Shown here: positions 54,424-58,012 of the stretch, piece after piece
Layout of the letters: each line of letters starts with the position of its first letter
How positions within the stretch are numbered: position 1 is the stretch's first letter
From: a virus
Taxonomy: Duplodnaviria > Caudoviricetes
Length of the DNA: 58,012 bases
Strand: one strand, 5' to 3'
Virus record (IMG/VR): IMGVR_UViG_3300016471_000316
Coordinates: 1-58,012 of that record
Notes under the pieces: model-generated
Database searches by the model: none
What the model was told of the DNA's origin: nothing
What the model saw: only the letters and a program-made list of their open reading frames with translations
Made by a program: the position numbers and the translations under genes

Positions 54424-56043
54424 ATGCCCAACACATTCAAACAGGTCATTGACCGCATGGCGTGGGCGCAGGTTTCACCTGCACCAAACGCCGCCGTAAC
54501 CGGGCAGGGATTCGCTTGCGATCTCCGGAATGACGTCTCGCGCTATCCGTATGCGTACCAGCTTGTATCGAATGCGATTCTGAACCGGTACAATTTCATC
54601 ACGAAGGCATGGCAGCTTCTCAGCACGACACCGCTCACCGCCGGAACCTTCGGCGCAGGAGCCGCAGCAGCCTTCATCCCATCATTCGCTCTCGTCGGAA
54701 CCATTGCCGCAGGCGCGACTACGACGGCATTCACGTTGTCGACCGCGCTGCCGACTGCGGTCGGCGCAAACATGCTGGCGAATCGCGGCGGGAGCGGCTT
54801 GATGGGCTTCAAGGTTCGGCTCATCGACACGACGGCAGGAAAGACCGAAGAGAGGAACATCGTTTCGAACACGGCTGGAACGACTCCACTCATCACGGTT
54901 GACGTTGCGTTTTCTTTCACTCCTGCGGCTGGTGCGCGGTACGAAATTCTTTCCGGACGCCTCTTTATGCTGGGCTCCGGAACCCTCGCTGCAGGAGCAC
55001 TCAGGACGTTCGAGATCGCGACGAATGCATTCGCGAACCGAAGCATCACCAACCTTCCGGCTGCGTTGTCGACCGACAGTGCGATAATCGTTCTAGACGA
55101 GCAGCATGTCCCCTTCGATCACAAGCCAGGAGAGGGAATGATCAAGGGGGCGTATGATACCGATGTTGGAGGAGGTGGTCGGTTTGCGATCACTGCGACG
55201 GCTATCGGCGCAAGTACCATCACCGGGCGGGCGAGTGGAGGCGACGCTGCTGTCGCAGCAAACGAATTCCGAAACTTCCAGATCCGAATCGTCGAAGACA
55301 CTCTGACCCCAGCGGCTGTCGGACAGCGAAGAATCATCGCATCTCACACTGCTGGACCGTCTCCCGTCTACACGCTTGGGACTGCATGGACGACGCAGCC
55401 AAGCGCCTCCGCAAAGTTCGTGATCGAGCAGCCCAATCTTCTGATTCTGAGGACGACCGCCAACACGACGACGTACACTTACAATTTCACGGATGCGACG
55501 ATCAACAACGGCACAGCGAGCATCGCTGCCGATGCGTGGTCAACCACCTACTTCGGAGCCGCCGCAAATGCGATGGGTGCTGGTGCCGTATGGGCACCAT
55601 CCTGGGGCATTCAACCAGATGTGCAGCGGAATGCGAGACATTCGTTCAATTTCTTCTTTCGCGGCGGCAACTCTAGCGCGCTCGATCTTCTCGACATCGC
55701 CGGAGCTACTGCTGGCACATGGACGGCAGGCGTTACCTATGATGGGGCTTTGTTTAACTTCACTACGGGCACGACAGGATGCCCGTCGCCCTTCGCAAAC
55801 GAAGGGCGATATACCTACCTGAATCTGTACACCGCGAGCGCAGTCAATCAGATATTCCGGTTCGATGCAAAGAACCGAGTCCTGTCGCCATACACAAACC
55901 CGGACTTCCTGATGACTGGAACAGCAGCCGTCGGGCAGCGTATGGCTGCATGTGCAGCTATCGACGGCACCGACAAATTTGACTGCATCCTTTTCATGGC
56001 AATGGCGTCGTCCGTCTCGCAAGAGATGGTCCCGCTCATCTAA
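54424..56043 (+). CDS. Putative virion appendage / receptor-binding protein (beta-rich, internal duplication)
   Basis: 539 aa, Thr/Ala/Gly-rich; duplicated F.VR.I.....G..R.I.S.TAG..P module. Confidence 0.7.
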   Translation: MPNTFKQVIDRMAWAQVSPAPNAAVTGQGFACDLRNDVSRYPYAYQLVSNAILNRYNFITKAWQLLSTTPLTAGTFGAGAAAAFIPSFALVGTIAAGATTTAFTLSTALPTAVGANMLANRGGSGLMGFKVRLIDTTAGKTEERNIVSNTAGTTPLITVDVAFSFTPAAGARYEILSGRLFMLGSGTLAAGALRTFEIATNAFANRSITNLPAALSTDSAIIVLDEQHVPFDHKPGEGMIKGAYDTDVGGGGRFAITATAIGASTITGRASGGDAAVAANEFRNFQIRIVEDTLTPAAVGQRRIIASHTAGPSPVYTLGTAWTTQPSASAKFVIEQPNLLILRTTANTTTYTYNFTDATINNGTASIAADAWSTTYFGAAANAMGAGAVWAPSWGIQPDVQRNARHSFNFFFRGGNSSALDLLDIAGATAGTWTAGVTYDGALFNFTTGTTGCPSPFANEGRYTYLNLYTASAVNQIFRFDAKNRVLSPYTNPDFLMTGTAAVGQRMAACAAIDGTDKFDCILFMAMASSVSQEMVPLI

Positions 56044-56053
56044 GGAGGTATCG

Positions 56054-56224
56054 ATGTCGGCGGCGCTCGAAGAAGTTCTCAGCATCCAGCGAAATAAGCT
56101 AGAGGCGCTCAATGCGTCTCTCGCTTATGCAAAGAAAATGGGGCTCGATTCCGAAGCATATCGGCTAGAGGTCAAGATCGAGGATCAGAAGATCCTGATC
56201 GCGCAACTGGAATCGCTTACCTAG
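56054..56224 (+). CDS. Small coiled-coil protein
   Basis: TAAGGAGGT SD. Confidence 0.7.
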   Translation: MSAALEEVLSIQRNKLEALNASLAYAKKMGLDSEAYRLEVKIEDQKILIAQLESLT

Positions 56225-56251
56225 CAATCCCGATCTCCAAGAGGCTGAATC

Positions 56252-57061
56252 ATGGCAGCGGTTTCCGGCCTCTCGCTACTTTTCGGAATTGCGCTGGGGG
56301 ACGGTGGCGGCAGCAGCATTAGCGGAAGCATTGACGCAGCGATACCGCTGACGGCAAACGCATCCGCTCAGTCGCTGATTTATGGAAATACGAGTGCAGA
56401 GATACCGTTAGGGTCTGCAACACAGTCAGCGATCTCTCTTGCGGCTTCGTCGAACGCGACCGTCGCGATCACATCGGAAATAACTGCGTCGAGCACAGGC
56501 GCTATTTCGGCTTCGATAGTCGCGACGATTGCCCTGACTTCAACGGTTGCGGCACAGGCAGGTCTAGCCGCAACCGTCTCCGCAGTCATTCCGGTGACGT
56601 CGTCGATTGCGGCAGTATCTGCGATTGGGGCAAGCGTATCCGCAGTCATTCCGGTGACGTCGGCAGTTGCAGCGATATCTGTCGTTGGCGCAACCGTCTC
56701 CGCCGTCGTTCCGGTGACTGCATCGGCTGCAGCCGTAAGCGTTACAAGTGCTTCAGCAAGTGCAACGGTTTCTCTGGCTGGGGAAGCGGCAGCTACAGTC
56801 GCTCTGCAAGCGCAGAGCGCCGCCAGTCTCCCGATCACGGTGTCATTCGGGTCTGCGGTTTCAATTTCTGCATCGGCTTCAGCTTCTATCTCGCTGTCGA
56901 CCGTAACCACAGCAGAGATCAACCCGCTGCCGCAATCGCCACTAGCAGTCGACGTCACTCGCATGGTCGTCCTGGAAGCGCCGGACGGGATCGTTGCTCT
57001 GGAAGCGCCGGACGGGATCGTAGTAATCCTCGATCCTCCATCCCTCACCGTTTACGCATGA
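56252..57061 (+). CDS. Low-complexity Ala/Ser/Val/Ile repeat protein (fibre-like)
   Basis: 20-aa repeats (60-bp tandem units around 56570-56730) and a duplicated LEAPDGIV. Confidence 0.7.
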   Translation: MAAVSGLSLLFGIALGDGGGSSISGSIDAAIPLTANASAQSLIYGNTSAEIPLGSATQSAISLAASSNATVAITSEITASSTGAISASIVATIALTSTVAAQAGLAATVSAVIPVTSSIAAVSAIGASVSAVIPVTSAVAAISVVGATVSAVVPVTASAAAVSVTSASASATVSLAGEAAATVALQAQSAASLPITVSFGSAVSISASASASISLSTVTTAEINPLPQSPLAVDVTRMVVLEAPDGIVALEAPDGIVVILDPPSLTVYA

Positions 57062-57068
57062 GGACGCG

Positions 57069-57356
57069 ATGACAAATCTGCAATGGCCTGACAAGGATCC
57101 GACCGACGTTTGGGACTACACGCTCGACGCATCGTCATGGGTCGCAGCCGTAGGCGATACCCTGGCTTCATGCACGGCAACAGTATCTCCCAGCGGGCTC
57201 TCGATCTTGTCCACGGCAACGACTCCAGCGGGTCAGGCACTGGTCAGATTGTCAGGTGGCGCGGTCGGCATCGAGTATCGCGTGACGTTGACTCTCACGA
57301 CCACTGGTGGTCGAATCCTCCAGCGGTCAGTCGAAATCCTTGTGCGGGATCAATGA
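57069..57356 (+). CDS. Fibre adaptor-like virion protein
   Basis: KDP....DY..D...W...GDT and V.LSGG..G..Y.V....TT..GR...RS motifs. Confidence 0.75.
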   Translation: MTNLQWPDKDPTDVWDYTLDASSWVAAVGDTLASCTATVSPSGLSILSTATTPAGQALVRLSGGAVGIEYRVTLTLTTTGGRILQRSVEILVRDQ

Positions 57357-57604
57357 TCATGGACGACGACAAGCTTGAGGCGCTACTGGAGCGCGCGGCC
57401 AAGCGCGGGGCGCGCGAAGCCCTCGAAAGCATCGGGCTGCACGACGAGCAGGCCGTTCACGATGTGCGCGACCTGCGGACGCTGCTGGAGGCGTGGCGGG
57501 CGACGAAGCGAACGGTCTGGCGCAAGGTTGTCGAGATCACGACCATTGCCGTCCTTGGCGCGGTGGCGGCGCAATCGCTGCTCAGCATGAAGGGTTGGAA
57601 GTAA
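57353..57604 (+). CDS. DUF6127-like membrane protein (holin-like)
   Basis: LE.LL.RAA..GA..AL...GL.D..A..D...LR.LLEAWR..K plus a C-terminal TM segment. Confidence 0.75.
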   Translation: MIMDDDKLEALLERAAKRGAREALESIGLHDEQAVHDVRDLRTLLEAWRATKRTVWRKVVEITTIAVLGAVAAQSLLSMKGWK

Positions 57605-57991
57605 CTCGAAAGCGCCGCTTCGGAGCCTTGTCGCCGTCGCCTCGCGCGTGAGCCTGCCGCCACCATCTGCTGTGTCCGCAGATGCTGCACCGCTGCCTCC
57701 GGTCGTCCAGGCCGACCCATTGATGGTCGCCGCAGCCGGATCGAGACGCCCGGCGTTCGACCCAATGGCCCAGTACCTCATGGCGCGCACGGCGCGCACC
57801 AGCGACCACGGCCCGGCGATAGGCGAGGATCGCGATCTCGCGCGGGGCGACTAGACGCACCTCCGAGAATGCCGGGACGCGCACCGTCCGCGTCGAGATC
57901 GAGCGGGTCGTCGCTTCCCGAGTCTGCGTTCGCTCGCAGAACCGCCGCGCGTTGAGCGCAGCCAGGGCAGCGATCAGGAATCGTCCGTCGC
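57582..57991 (-). CDS. Origin-spanning hypothetical protein, C-terminal part
   Basis: In frame with 898..1; R.HEV.GHW...C..H.W...C..CG..RWW...H.RG motif. Confidence 0.8.
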
Positions 57992-58012
57992 GCCGCAGCA
58001 GTTCCCGCGTCT
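57992..58012. repeat. Terminal direct repeat (assembly overlap), copy 2
   Basis: Identical to bases 1-21. Confidence 0.95.

Noticed and set aside
56570-56730. 60-bp tandem repeats as a CRISPR-like array
   Set aside because: They are in-frame degenerate coding repeats with no unique spacers, and no cas genes are present.
57992-58012. 21-bp terminal repeat as a biological terminal repeat or att site
   Set aside because: It falls inside a coding sequence and its length matches a typical assembler k-mer overlap; no integrase was seen.
1-58012. Apparent abundance of GATC/TCGA as a modification-target signal
   Set aside because: It can be explained by ATC/GTC/GAx codon preference and cannot be assessed without a codon-aware count.
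1-58012. Alternative genetic code or stop-codon reassignment
   Set aside because: Core genes are full length under the standard code and end in TGA, TAA or TAG with tight coupling.

Overview
The window appears to be a complete, circularly assembled ~58 kb tailed-phage genome with a long non-contractile tail. Bases 1-21 repeat at 57992-58012, and one minus-strand ORF reads in frame across that join. The high GC content, GTA-type holins and DUF1376/DUF6127-like genes suggest an alphaproteobacterial host (inference). Plus-strand modules cover packaging (TerS/TerL/portal), a putative fibre/appendage block, head (MuF, cargo proteins, XkdF-type protease, scaffold, MCP), tail, lysis and replication (DUF1376 initiator, split primase-helicase). 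Four minus-strand early islands are interleaved among them, each headed by the same CGCTTGCA-N17-TA-rich promoter. I saw no integrase, DNA polymerase, reverse transcriptase, CRISPR array or tRNA. Top leads: (1) a 1394-aa head-module polyprotein (ChaB + Nudix + HipA/PI3K-like kinase + R-S-E ADP-ribosyltransferase) punctuated by repeated RWPAGxPxGGQ(F/W) motifs and putative protease sites, with a possible immunity gene downstream; (2) a DNA-modification set made of a TGT/DpdA-like enzyme, a YhhQ/VUT transporter and a ParB-linked TET-associated-type glycosyltransferase, with no TET or methylase to supply the usual substrate, which raises the possibility of a glycosylated 7-deazaguanine; (3) hairpin-array, CTAG-rich leaders ahead of two plus-strand operons; (4) a repeated ~20-bp gene-junction cassette in the early islands. 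All family assignments come from motif recognition by eye, not database searches.
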